Assembly (NCBI GenBank): GCA_016181045.1
Contig: JACPAB010000004.1
Coordinates: forward strand, 1-61,722
DNA: 61,722 nucleotides
Direction: 5' to 3'
DNA from: Candidatus Yanofskybacteria bacterium
Lineage (GTDB): Bacteria > Patescibacteriota > Minisyncoccia > 2-02-FULL-40-12 > GWA2-44-9
The notes under the pieces were generated by a model, which did not search any database, was not told the DNA's origin, and was given only the letters and a program-made list of their open reading frames with translations. The position numbers were made by a program, and so were the translations under genes. Of this stretch, positions 16,381 through 25,062 are shown in pieces. Numbering within the stretch: the stretch's first letter is position 1; each line of letters starts with the position of its first letter.

Positions 16381-19296
16381 ATGGCTGAATTCAACTTTAA
16401 CGAGAAAGAAAAGAAAGTACTGGATTTCTGGGAGAATAGGAAGATATTCGATAAATCACAGGAAATTCGCAAAAAGGCGAAGCGTTTTGTTTTTTTTGAA
16501 GGCCCTCCGACCGCGAACGGCTTGCCCGGCATCCACCATTTTCTGGGCCGGGCCTACAAAGATCTCTTTTGCCGCTACAAGACAATGCGCGGATATTTTG
16601 TTTTGCGCAAAGCGGGCTGGGACACTCACGGATTGCCGGTTGAGATAGAAGTCGAAAAAGAACTTGGGTTCAAGAACAAGAAAGACATCGAGCGATACGG
16701 CATAGACAAGTTCAACAAGAAGGCCAAGGAGAGCGTCTGGAAATATAAGAACGAATGGGAGCAGATGACGAAAAGAATGGGCTTCTGGCTCGATATGAGC
16801 GACCCCTATATCACATACAAGAACCAATACATTGAATCGCTCTGGGCGATAATCAAGAAGATTTGGGACAAAAAACTGCTTTTTCTCGCTCATCGGGTTG
16901 TGCATTTCTGCACGAGGTGCGGTACGCCGTTATCGTCGCACGAAGTAGCGCAAGGATACCGCACAATAACTGACAGGTCAGTTATTGTGAAATTCCAAAT
17001 TACAAATGACAAATTACAAAAAAATTTCAAAATCCAAAATCCAAATGCCAAAACTTATATTCTTGCGTGGACAACCACGCCGTGGACGTTGCCCGGGAAT
17101 GTTGCTTTGGCGGTTGGGAAAGATATTGATTATGCGGTTGTCGAATTGAATGGAGAAAACCTTATTTTAGCCAAAGATTTAGTAGAAAAAGTTTTTGGAT
17201 CTATAACCTATAACCTAAAACCTATAACCTACAAAGGTTCTGACCTCATTGGCCTGGAATATGAGCCGTTATTTGATATTGAAAAGTTAAAGTCGGAAAA
17301 CTCATACAGAATTTACGACGCCGACTTTGTTTCCACTCAAGAAGGCACTGGCGTCGTCCACACCGCGGTGATGTATGGAGAAGACGATTATGACTTGGGA
17401 ACTAAAATCGGTTTGCCTAAATTCCATACCGTAGATGAGCAAGGGAGATTTATTGGTGTTAGCAAAGAATTGGACGGCAGATATGTTAAAGATCCCGAAA
17501 CCGAAGAATTGATAATTGCAAAATTGAAAATTGAAAATTTAGTGTTCAAAATCGAAGATTTTGAACACGAGTATCCTTTCTGCTGGAGATGCGATACGCC
17601 GCTTTTATATTACGCCAAGGAATCCTGGTTTATAAAAATGTCGGCGATAAACAAGGAACTGCTCAAGAACAACCGGAAAATAAACTGGGTGCCGGAGCAT
17701 ATCAAAGACGGAAGATTCGGCCAGTGGCTGAAAGAGGGGAAGGACTGGGCCTTCTCACGGGAAAGATATTGGGGCACTCCTTTACCGATATGGAAGTGCG
17801 GTGATTGCGGAGATTTTACATTGGCGGGGTCGTTGGAAGACCTGGAAAAGAACAGATACAAGCCGAAGAACGAGTTTTATATTTTGCGGCACGGCCACAG
17901 CGAGAAGAACGGCAACGGTAAATGGGCTGAAATAATAAGTTCCCAGTTGAAAAACGATAAATATCATCTGACCGAAGACGGCAAGAAACAGGCAAAAGGG
18001 GTAACAAAGAAATTAAAAAAACTGGGCAAGCCGGACCTGATAATCTCGTCGCCGTTCAAAAGAACCAAAGAAACCGCGCACCTGGTCGCGGAGGCGTTCG
18101 GTCTGAAGGTCAGTATCGACGAGAGGATAGGTGAGTTTAACCACGGCTCGATATGCGAAGGCAGGACCAGCCATGTTTGCGGTTTGGAAAAAGAGCCGCG
18201 AAAATGGGACACCAAATACGGCGATGAAGAAAGCTGGGCGGACCTGCGCCGAAGGATGTCGCAGGCATTGAGAGACATCGATTCCAAGCACGAAGGCAAG
18301 AGGATACTTTTGGTAAGCCACGGCGACCCGATCTGGATATTGGAGACGTTCACTCTCGGACTGACCAAAGAAGAGGCCGTTCCGACAAGAGAAGAGTTAT
18401 ATCCGGCACAAGGAGAACTCAAGAAATTCGAGCTGAAAAACTGGCCGTATGATGACGACGGCGAATTAGATATGCACCGGCCGTACATAGATCAGATAGC
18501 GCTGAAGTGTCAGAAGTGCGGAGGCAAGATGGCAAAGATACCGGACCTGATAGATGTCTGGTTCGACTCCGGGGCGATGCCCTATGCTCAATGGCACTGG
18601 CCGTTCGAGAACCAAAAGACATTCAAGGAACAATTCCCGGCAGATTTCATTGCGGAGGGAATAGACATGACAAGAGGGTGGTTTTATACTTTGCTATCCG
18701 TAGCCACTCTTTTGGGAAAAGGCGCACCGTATAAGAATGTAATTTCCTACAGCCATGTATTGGACGATAAGGGCCAGAAAATGTCCAAGTCGAAAGGAAA
18801 TACCGTTTCTCCTTTTGCGGTGATGGAAAAGTTCGGCGCCGACGCGCCCCGGTGGTATTTCTATGCGGTTAACGAACCGGGGGACTATAAATTATTCAAC
18901 GAGAAGGATGTCGAGACCAAACTGAAAGGATTTTTCGGCACGCTTGATAACTGTGTCAGATTTTATGAATTATACTCGTCCGAAGAAGGATTTAAGATTT
19001 ACGATTTAAGATCTACGAATCTGTTAGACAAATGGATTTTGTCAAAATTTTACGGCCTTGTTTCAAATGTTTCCGTAAATCTTGATAAGTATGAACCCAC
19101 GTCGGCGGCAAGGGCGGTTGAGAAATTTGTTGTCGAGGACCTGTCTAACTGGTGGTTGAGGCGGTCTCGCAAGAGGAAAGACGCCCTGGGACTTTTGAGG
19201 TTTGTTCTGCTTGAACTTGCTAAAGTTATTGCTCCTTTCACGCCCCAAAGCCGGGACCGAAAGCGTTCACTTGCACGACTGGCCGAAGGTAAATAA
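16381..19296 (+). CDS. ileS: isoleucyl-tRNA synthetase, main body; reading frame breaks near 19245
   Basis: PPTANGLPGIHHFLGRAYKD (HIGH), WTTTPWTLPGN (editing), KMSKSKGN, zinc knuckles; the last 16 residues (QSRDRKRSLARLAEGK) look out of frame. Confidence 0.9.
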   Translation: MAEFNFNEKEKKVLDFWENRKIFDKSQEIRKKAKRFVFFEGPPTANGLPGIHHFLGRAYKDLFCRYKTMRGYFVLRKAGWDTHGLPVEIEVEKELGFKNKKDIERYGIDKFNKKAKESVWKYKNEWEQMTKRMGFWLDMSDPYITYKNQYIESLWAIIKKIWDKKLLFLAHRVVHFCTRCGTPLSSHEVAQGYRTITDRSVIVKFQITNDKLQKNFKIQNPNAKTYILAWTTTPWTLPGNVALAVGKDIDYAVVELNGENLILAKDLVEKVFGSITYNLKPITYKGSDLIGLEYEPLFDIEKLKSENSYRIYDADFVSTQEGTGVVHTAVMYGEDDYDLGTKIGLPKFHTVDEQGRFIGVSKELDGRYVKDPETEELIIAKLKIENLVFKIEDFEHEYPFCWRCDTPLLYYAKESWFIKMSAINKELLKNNRKINWVPEHIKDGRFGQWLKEGKDWAFSRERYWGTPLPIWKCGDCGDFTLAGSLEDLEKNRYKPKNEFYILRHGHSEKNGNGKWAEIISSQLKNDKYHLTEDGKKQAKGVTKKLKKLGKPDLIISSPFKRTKETAHLVAEAFGLKVSIDERIGEFNHGSICEGRTSHVCGLEKEPRKWDTKYGDEESWADLRRRMSQALRDIDSKHEGKRILLVSHGDPIWILETFTLGLTKEEAVPTREELYPAQGELKKFELKNWPYDDDGELDMHRPYIDQIALKCQKCGGKMAKIPDLIDVWFDSGAMPYAQWHWPFENQKTFKEQFPADFIAEGIDMTRGWFYTLLSVATLLGKGAPYKNVISYSHVLDDKGQKMSKSKGNTVSPFAVMEKFGADAPRWYFYAVNEPGDYKLFNEKDVETKLKGFFGTLDNCVRFYELYSSEEGFKIYDLRSTNLLDKWILSKFYGLVSNVSVNLDKYEPTSAARAVEKFVVEDLSNWWLRRSRKRKDALGLLRFVLLELAKVIAPFTPQSRDRKRSLARLAEGK
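17872..18462 (+). other. histidine-phosphatase (PGAM-like) domain inserted inside IleRS
   Basis: EFYILRHGHSEKN (RHG motif), SSPFKRTKETA, LLVSHGDPIWIL (second His); lies between WKCGDCGD...LEDLEK and LDMHRPYIDQ...DVWFDSG of IleRS. Confidence 0.75.
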
Positions 19297-19822
19297 GAAG
19301 CTGATAGATAAAGAGCTGGAGAAACAAATGGAGGAAGTTCAGAATATTGTCACCCTGGGCCTGGCTCAAAGAAAAGAAAAGCAGATAAAAGTCCGTCAGC
19401 CGTTAAGGTCGGTATATTTGGGACTTTCAAATGAATTTCCGAAAGATTTGGAGGTTTTGATGAAGGGTGAGCTTAATGTAAAAGAAATTGTTTATGATAA
19501 GGGTCAGAAAGAATTGGTTGTCCTGAACACAGAACTTGATGAGGCGTTAATTCATGAGGGCTATGCCAGGGAACTGATGCGCCAGATACAGGATATGAGA
19601 AAAGAAGCCAAATATCGCTTAGATGAAAAAGTATTTGGGCAATGGCATAGCGAAAACGAGGAAGTGAACCTTGTTTTGAAAAGTTGGGAGGGGCAGATAA
19701 AAGACGAAACACTGCTGAAAAACTTGGAGAATTATCCCAAGGACAACAAGAATTATGATGTCGAAAAAGAATTCGAACTTTCTCCCGGAAAAAAGATTTG
19801 GCTAGGCCTTTGGCAAAAATAA
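19202..19822 (+). CDS. ileS: isoleucyl-tRNA synthetase C-terminal segment in the +1 frame
   Basis: From about 19250 the +1 frame reads PKAGTESVHLHDWP...VRQPL, the conserved IleRS C-terminal region; the N-terminal part of this track ORF is overlap only. Confidence 0.75.
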   Translation: MFCLNLLKLLLLSRPKAGTESVHLHDWPKVNKKLIDKELEKQMEEVQNIVTLGLAQRKEKQIKVRQPLRSVYLGLSNEFPKDLEVLMKGELNVKEIVYDKGQKELVVLNTELDEALIHEGYARELMRQIQDMRKEAKYRLDEKVFGQWHSENEEVNLVLKSWEGQIKDETLLKNLENYPKDNKNYDVEKEFELSPGKKIWLGLWQK

Positions 19823-19823
19823 T

Positions 19824-20300
19824 ATGGCTAAAATAGTTTTGATTGGTGGTTCTCCAACAGCAGGAAAAAGTTATACAGCGAGAAGACTTGCTGAAGAATT
19901 AAAATTGCCGTGGATTTCCACCGACACTATCAGAGAACAAATGAGATGGATTGTCCGAAAGGAAGATTATCCTGATGCATTTCACCATTTTATAGAAACT
20001 GGTCCAGATAAGGCAGTTGAATATTTAACACATCACACGGCACAAGAAATAGTTGACCACCAAAATCAAGAAAGTGCGGAAATCTGGAAAGGGGTAAGGG
20101 GTATTATTGAAGGAGATTATGCATGGGGCGACTTTATTGTGGAAGGTGTGGCTATTTTACCTAAGTTAGTGGCAAACCAAGAATGGAAAATTAAAAAAGA
20201 AATAAAAGCGATTTTTCTCATCGATGAAGACAAAGATAGGGTAAGGAATACCATCTTTACTCGCGGCTTATGGGATGAGGCCAATGCTTATCCCAGATAA
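19824..20300 (+). CDS. P-loop NTPase/kinase (2-phosphoglycerate-kinase-like), apparently truncated
   Basis: IVLIGGSPTAGKSYTARRLAEELKLPWISTDTIRE Walker A; the ORF ends where a +1-frame ORF continues. Confidence 0.6.
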   Translation: MAKIVLIGGSPTAGKSYTARRLAEELKLPWISTDTIREQMRWIVRKEDYPDAFHHFIETGPDKAVEYLTHHTAQEIVDHQNQESAEIWKGVRGIIEGDYAWGDFIVEGVAILPKLVANQEWKIKKEIKAIFLIDEDKDRVRNTIFTRGLWDEANAYPR

Positions 20301-20439
20301 TGTAAAAGAAAAAGAAGTTGAGTGGGTCTTTGCTTTCAATAGCTATATTAAAAAAGAAGCAAAGAAGTACAATTTACCAGTTGTATCTGTCGAAGATAGG
20401 GAAAATTATATTAACGAAGTAAAACAACTTGTAAAGTAA
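20275..20439 (+). CDS. probable C-terminal remainder of the P-loop kinase in another frame
   Basis: 54-aa ORF MRPMLIPDNVKEKEVEWVFAFNSYIKKEAKKYNLPVVSVEDRENYINEVKQLVK overlaps the end of 19824-20300 and fills the otherwise empty 140-nt gap. Confidence 0.4.
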   Translation: MRPMLIPDNVKEKEVEWVFAFNSYIKKEAKKYNLPVVSVEDRENYINEVKQLVK

Positions 20440-20441
20440 CA

Positions 20442-20837
20442 ATGGCCGAAACTACAACAACCGAATTTTCGTTTATTCTTAAGCCATCCGAACATGGTAT
20501 TGGTGTTTTTGCGGTCCATGATATTAAAGCGGGGACTTATCTTCGGTTGTTTGCTGGTGAAACTGAATTAACCGACAGGTCGGTAAAACGGAATAAGAAG
20601 GATGTGCCAGAATTTTTCAGACAATATTGTGTGGATAGGGGTGAAATCCTAATGTGTCCGCAAGACTTTGGCCACATGGAGCTTGGTTGGCATCTTAATC
20701 ATTCCAAAATGCCGAATGCTTATCATAAAAATTATGATTATTACGCTCTAAGAGATATTAAAGAAGGAGAAGAAATAACCGTAGACTACAACTTCCTTGA
20801 AGAACCCGAAGAGGCAAAAGAAGATTATTATAAATGA
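20442..20837 (+). CDS. SET-domain protein (putative lysine methyltransferase)
   Basis: 131 aa; GVFAVHDIKAGTYL, LNHSKMPNAY, LRDIKEGEEITVDYNF fit the SET core. Confidence 0.7.
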   Translation: MAETTTTEFSFILKPSEHGIGVFAVHDIKAGTYLRLFAGETELTDRSVKRNKKDVPEFFRQYCVDRGEILMCPQDFGHMELGWHLNHSKMPNAYHKNYDYYALRDIKEGEEITVDYNFLEEPEEAKEDYYK

Positions 20838-21388
20838 GAACTAAAGCGATAATAATCAAGAAACAGCCGACGAACGAATATGACGAGCTCATAACTTGCT
20901 ACACGCAGGAGTTCGGCAAGCTCACGGCGGTGGCTAAAAGCGTTTTGAAGGGCAGTTCAATGCAGGGCATGCACCTGGATAATTTGAATTTGGTTGATTT
21001 TGAATTGATAAACGGCCGCTCGCTTCCGATAATCGCTGCCGCCCAAGCCGAAAGATCATTCGTAAATCTTAAATCTAATATCCGTCTGCTGGCCGTGGCC
21101 CAATTTTTCATGGATGTGGCGGATAAAATGGTTTTCGACTTACAGAAAGACGAATCGCTTTGGAATTTCATGTCCGGCGTGCTCGAAAAGCTGGACAACC
21201 GCGTCCGTCCGGAGAACGCTTTGACATTTTTGCGGCAGCAGCAATTTTACCTACTAAAGGTCTTGGGCTATGGGTCTCCAAGGTTCGACCTTGGAAAAGA
21301 AAGGTCGAACCTTGATACTGAATTTGAGTATGCTTTGGGCGCTCGTTTAAGGTCGCTCGATTTTATATATTCTGTGTTAAAATATTAA
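20834..21388 (+). CDS. recO: DNA repair protein RecO (short)
   Basis: MRTKAIIIKKQPTNEYDELITCYTQEFGKLTAVAKSVLKGSS OB-fold N-terminus typical of RecO. Confidence 0.75.
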   Translation: MRTKAIIIKKQPTNEYDELITCYTQEFGKLTAVAKSVLKGSSMQGMHLDNLNLVDFELINGRSLPIIAAAQAERSFVNLKSNIRLLAVAQFFMDVADKMVFDLQKDESLWNFMSGVLEKLDNRVRPENALTFLRQQQFYLLKVLGYGSPRFDLGKERSNLDTEFEYALGARLRSLDFIYSVLKY

Positions 21389-21389
21389 A

Positions 21390-23120
21390 GTGAGCATTTT
21401 ATACAATAAAGGCCTGTTAAAATGGCTGGTCTTGCTGGCCCTTTTACTTTTAATAGTGAGTTTCGTGTCGTTCTGGTTCGGCCGGCCGTCTTTCAGCGAA
21501 GCGGGCGTTGTGCTTAAACTCGACGGTCCCAGCCAGGTTTCGGTAGGAGACGAGGTGACGTACAAGCTGACCATAGGTAACGATTCAAGGGTCGACCTGA
21601 ACGAGATAAGAATCAAGTTCAGCTATCCCGACGATTCTGTGGTTATTAAGGACGGTTCCGTCGTTTCCGACTTGAGCCAGAAGTTCGAGATAGACAAACT
21701 CTCGCCGGGCCAGAAGAACGAAATGGAATTCAAAGCATTCCTGGTCGGCGACAGGGGTAACATCAAAACGACCAAGGCGGAACTTAACTTCAAGGCCGGA
21801 GATTTGAGGACCCAATTCGAGAAAGAGACGTCCATTTCGACAACCATAACTTCTTTGCCGGTCTCACTTACTTTGGTCGCTCCGCCGAACGCCGCTCCCG
21901 GCCAGGCGGTTAACTATATTCTCGATTACAGGAACGAGTCGGGGTCCGACATCGCCGATCTGCTTTTTGAATTCGATTATCCGGACGGATTCGCGTTCCA
22001 AAAAGGAATACCTTCGCCTTCGCGGGGAAACAGCAGCTGGACGGTGCCGGTTTTGAAAAAAAATGCCGGAGGCAGGATAAACATCCAGGGCGCGCTGACG
22101 GGCAGGGAAGGCGAGGCCAAGAAAATTTCCGTTGTTCTAAAAAGGAAGATAGCCGACCGGTACGTTAATTACGAAAAAGCCGAGGTGGCCACCGATGTCG
22201 CCAACCCATTGCTGGGCGTGGACATGCTGGTCAATGATTCCACGGCCTATTCCGCTTTTCCGGGAGACGACTTGAATTACACCGTCAAATATTCGAATGC
22301 TTCCAATTTCAACCTCATCGGGCTTAACCTTGTCGTTAAACTGGACGGGCAGATGTATGACCTCTCGTCTCTCGACACCAAAGGCGGCTATTATGACAGT
22401 TCAAACGGCACAATTCTTTGGAATGCAAGCACTGTGCCTGATTTCGCCAACCTTCCTACCAATAAAAAAGGCGAGGTCTTGTTCAGAATAAAACTCAAGA
22501 ACGAGGTTTTTTCGGGGATTTCCGGTTCGAACAACTTATTTGTGCAGACCACCGCGACCTTGAGCACGCCGAACGTGCCATCCGGAGTGGGGGGAGATGA
22601 GATCTCGGCCCAAAACAGTTTGACCACCAAGATAACCACCCAGCCGACATTCAGACAGTTGATATATCACAACGACCCCGCTTTCAGCTCATCGGGCCCC
22701 TTGCCTCCCGAGGTCGGCAAAGATACTTCTTTCACCATTCATTGGCAGCTCACCAATCCCGGCAACGACATGAACAGCGTCCGTTTGACGGGAGTCCTTC
22801 CACCCGGAGTGACTTGGGAGAACGCAACCGGTGTGACCGTCGGCCAACCCGAAGTAACATTCAACCCCGATACTTCCGAAGTGGTATGGAATTTAGGCGT
22901 TCTGCCCCGGGGCATTGGTGTGGTAGGAGACAAATACGAAGCAAGTTTCAGGGTCAGGATAAAGCCGTCCAGCAATCAGAAAGGCACTGTCATCACGCTG
23001 ATAAAAAATTCCAAACTTACCGCAACCGACAGCTTTACCAAACAAAACATAATTTTGCCGCTGGGCGATATGACCACGGATGACCTGACCGACCGGCCGA
23101 GTGAAGGGACGGTTAAATAA
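21390..23120 (+). CDS. membrane-anchored extracellular protein with repeated beta-sandwich (DUF11/CARDB-like) modules
   Basis: 576 aa; N-terminal TM helix; repeated modules of about 110 aa (VGDEVTYKLTIGN, PGQAVNYILDYRN, PGDDLNYTVKYSN); GTG start. Confidence 0.6.
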   Translation: MSILYNKGLLKWLVLLALLLLIVSFVSFWFGRPSFSEAGVVLKLDGPSQVSVGDEVTYKLTIGNDSRVDLNEIRIKFSYPDDSVVIKDGSVVSDLSQKFEIDKLSPGQKNEMEFKAFLVGDRGNIKTTKAELNFKAGDLRTQFEKETSISTTITSLPVSLTLVAPPNAAPGQAVNYILDYRNESGSDIADLLFEFDYPDGFAFQKGIPSPSRGNSSWTVPVLKKNAGGRINIQGALTGREGEAKKISVVLKRKIADRYVNYEKAEVATDVANPLLGVDMLVNDSTAYSAFPGDDLNYTVKYSNASNFNLIGLNLVVKLDGQMYDLSSLDTKGGYYDSSNGTILWNASTVPDFANLPTNKKGEVLFRIKLKNEVFSGISGSNNLFVQTTATLSTPNVPSGVGGDEISAQNSLTTKITTQPTFRQLIYHNDPAFSSSGPLPPEVGKDTSFTIHWQLTNPGNDMNSVRLTGVLPPGVTWENATGVTVGQPEVTFNPDTSEVVWNLGVLPRGIGVVGDKYEASFRVRIKPSSNQKGTVITLIKNSKLTATDSFTKQNIILPLGDMTTDDLTDRPSEGTVK

Positions 23121-23154
23121 TATGTCAGGAAGAGAAACCGAATTTTAAAAATTT

Positions 23155-23601
23155 ATGAAAGAAGGCGTATTTATAAAAATTTACTGCGTGTTGAAAGATG
23201 GCGACACCGTTATCTTGACCCAGGATCAGGAAGGTCGGCCCGGATGGAAATTTCCGGGCGGACACGTTGAACTGGGAGAGCTGCTATTCACCGCTGTCAC
23301 GCGAGAGATTAAAGAGGAGATTGGTTTAGATATACATTTAGAGAATGTCCTTCTCATCGAAGATTTCTTTAACCGAAAACGGCCAGACGAACACAATATG
23401 CGATTTTTTGTAATTGCCACTGTTGCAGGCGGAACCGAGAGGACAAAACCCGATGAGGTTAAGGCGCTTAAACGATTCACTCGGTCCGAGTTGCGGACTC
23501 TTAAGCAAGAAGAGGTGTACCCACAACACTGGGACGCCCTACAAGCATATCTAAAAGGCCAAGCATACCCCCTCTCTCTTCTTAAAGAAGTTGATGCTTA
23601 G
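23155..23601 (+). CDS. NUDIX hydrolase
   Basis: Nudix box GGHVELGELLFTAVTREIKEEIGL. Confidence 0.85.
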   Translation: MKEGVFIKIYCVLKDGDTVILTQDQEGRPGWKFPGGHVELGELLFTAVTREIKEEIGLDIHLENVLLIEDFFNRKRPDEHNMRFFVIATVAGGTERTKPDEVKALKRFTRSELRTLKQEEVYPQHWDALQAYLKGQAYPLSLLKEVDA

Positions 23602-23709
23602 TCCCTCTTTTTTATAAAAACAAAAGCCGCACATATAGTGCGGCCTGGTGGGCGACTTTATACCTTTTGGTTCGACTTTCGGCTATTTCTGTTGTATATT
23701 TTTATAGTA

Positions 23710-25005
23710 ATGCCAAACAACAAGCTGGAAAAAATTGTCTCGCTGTGCAAACGCCGGGGCTTTATATTTCCCGGCTCGGAGATATACGGAGGTATTGGGG
23801 GGTTTTATGATTTCGGGCCATTGGGCGCGGAGCTTAAGTTCAACATCAAACAGGCCTGGTGGAGGGACGTCGTCCAAATGCGGGATGATGTTGTCGGTCT
23901 GAACGCGGCGATAATAATGAATCCCAAAGCGTGGGAAGCGTCCGGGCATGTGAGCGGTTTTGCCGACATGCTGGTGGAATGTTCAAAATGCCACATACGC
24001 TACAAAGCCGACGATATGCCGGATAAATGCCCAGAATGCGGCAATAAACTGGATAATGCCAAAGCCAGGTCTTTCAATATAATGTTCAAAACATTCGTAG
24101 GGCCGGCGGAAGATACGGCATCGGTTGCTTACTTAAGACCCGAGACGGCCGGAGGTATTTTTGTGAATTTCAAAAATGTTATCGACACGATGCGGGTGAA
24201 AGTTCCGTTTGGCATTGCCCAGATAGGCAAAACATTCCGAAACGAAATTAATCCCAAAGATTTTATTTTCAGAACGAGGGAATTCGAACAGATGGAGTTG
24301 GAGTATTTTGTTGAGCCGGACGATAGCGGCAGAGCTTTTGATGAGTGGGTCGGGCTCCGAGAGAAGTGGTATGAACAACTCGGCCTTAAGAACATCCGCA
24401 AGCACGAACAGTCCAAAGAAGAGCGGGCCCACTATTCCAAAGCGACCATAGACATAGAATACGAATTTCCTTTTGGCTGGAAAGAAATAGAAGGCATCGC
24501 GAACAGGGGGGATTTCGATCTCAAGTCCCACTCGGAATATTCCGGCCAAGACCTTTCATATACGGATAAAGAAAGTGGGGAAAAATATCTTCCCCATGTT
24601 ATCGAGCCATCGGCTGGGGTGGACAGGATCATGTTGGCTTTTTTGTGCGACGCATATACCGAAGAGGAGGACAGGGTAGTGCTTAAACTTCATCCTCGGT
24701 TGGCGCCGTATAAGGCGGCCGTATTTCCGCTGTTGAAAAACAAACCCGAATTGGTTTCCAAAGCCCACGAGGTCTATTCGCTATTGGCTAAAAACTATTC
24801 GCTGGGCCCCATCGCCTGGGACGACCGGGGAAACATCGGTAAGCGGTATTACTCGCAAGACGAGATAGGCACGATGCACTGCATCACCATTGATTACCAA
24901 ACTCTTGAGGACGGCACGGTGACAGTCAGAGACAGAGATACGATGAAACAAGAAAGGGTTTTAGCCAAAGAACTGACTAATATCCTTAAAGAAAAAGTCG
25001 GCTAA
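23710..25005 (+). CDS. glyQS: glycyl-tRNA synthetase (alpha2 type)
   Basis: IVSLCKRRGFIFPGSEIYGGIGGFYDFGPLG, LRPETAGGIFVNF, IEPSAGVDR; start set at ATG 23710. Confidence 0.92.
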   Translation: MPNNKLEKIVSLCKRRGFIFPGSEIYGGIGGFYDFGPLGAELKFNIKQAWWRDVVQMRDDVVGLNAAIIMNPKAWEASGHVSGFADMLVECSKCHIRYKADDMPDKCPECGNKLDNAKARSFNIMFKTFVGPAEDTASVAYLRPETAGGIFVNFKNVIDTMRVKVPFGIAQIGKTFRNEINPKDFIFRTREFEQMELEYFVEPDDSGRAFDEWVGLREKWYEQLGLKNIRKHEQSKEERAHYSKATIDIEYEFPFGWKEIEGIANRGDFDLKSHSEYSGQDLSYTDKESGEKYLPHVIEPSAGVDRIMLAFLCDAYTEEEDRVVLKLHPRLAPYKAAVFPLLKNKPELVSKAHEVYSLLAKNYSLGPIAWDDRGNIGKRYYSQDEIGTMHCITIDYQTLEDGTVTVRDRDTMKQERVLAKELTNILKEKVG

Positions 25006-25062
25006 TTTAATTGACTTTTTCCCGTCAAATTATATCATTCTCGCAACTTGGTCTTTTAGAAT

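Noticed and set aside
16397-19248. Numerous 60-170-aa antisense or out-of-frame track ORFs inside ileS; the same applies inside valS, dnaE, gyrB, guaB and relA
   Set aside because: They are fully nested in strongly supported conserved genes, have no RBS, and have low-complexity translations.
23602-23709. T-box or other riboswitch leader upstream of glyQS (and other aaRS genes)
   Set aside because: The leader is only about 100 nt with one simple hairpin. I saw no specifier-loop or T-box sequence (AANNNGGUGNNACCNCG-like). The argS, ileS, pheS and valS leaders are even shorter.
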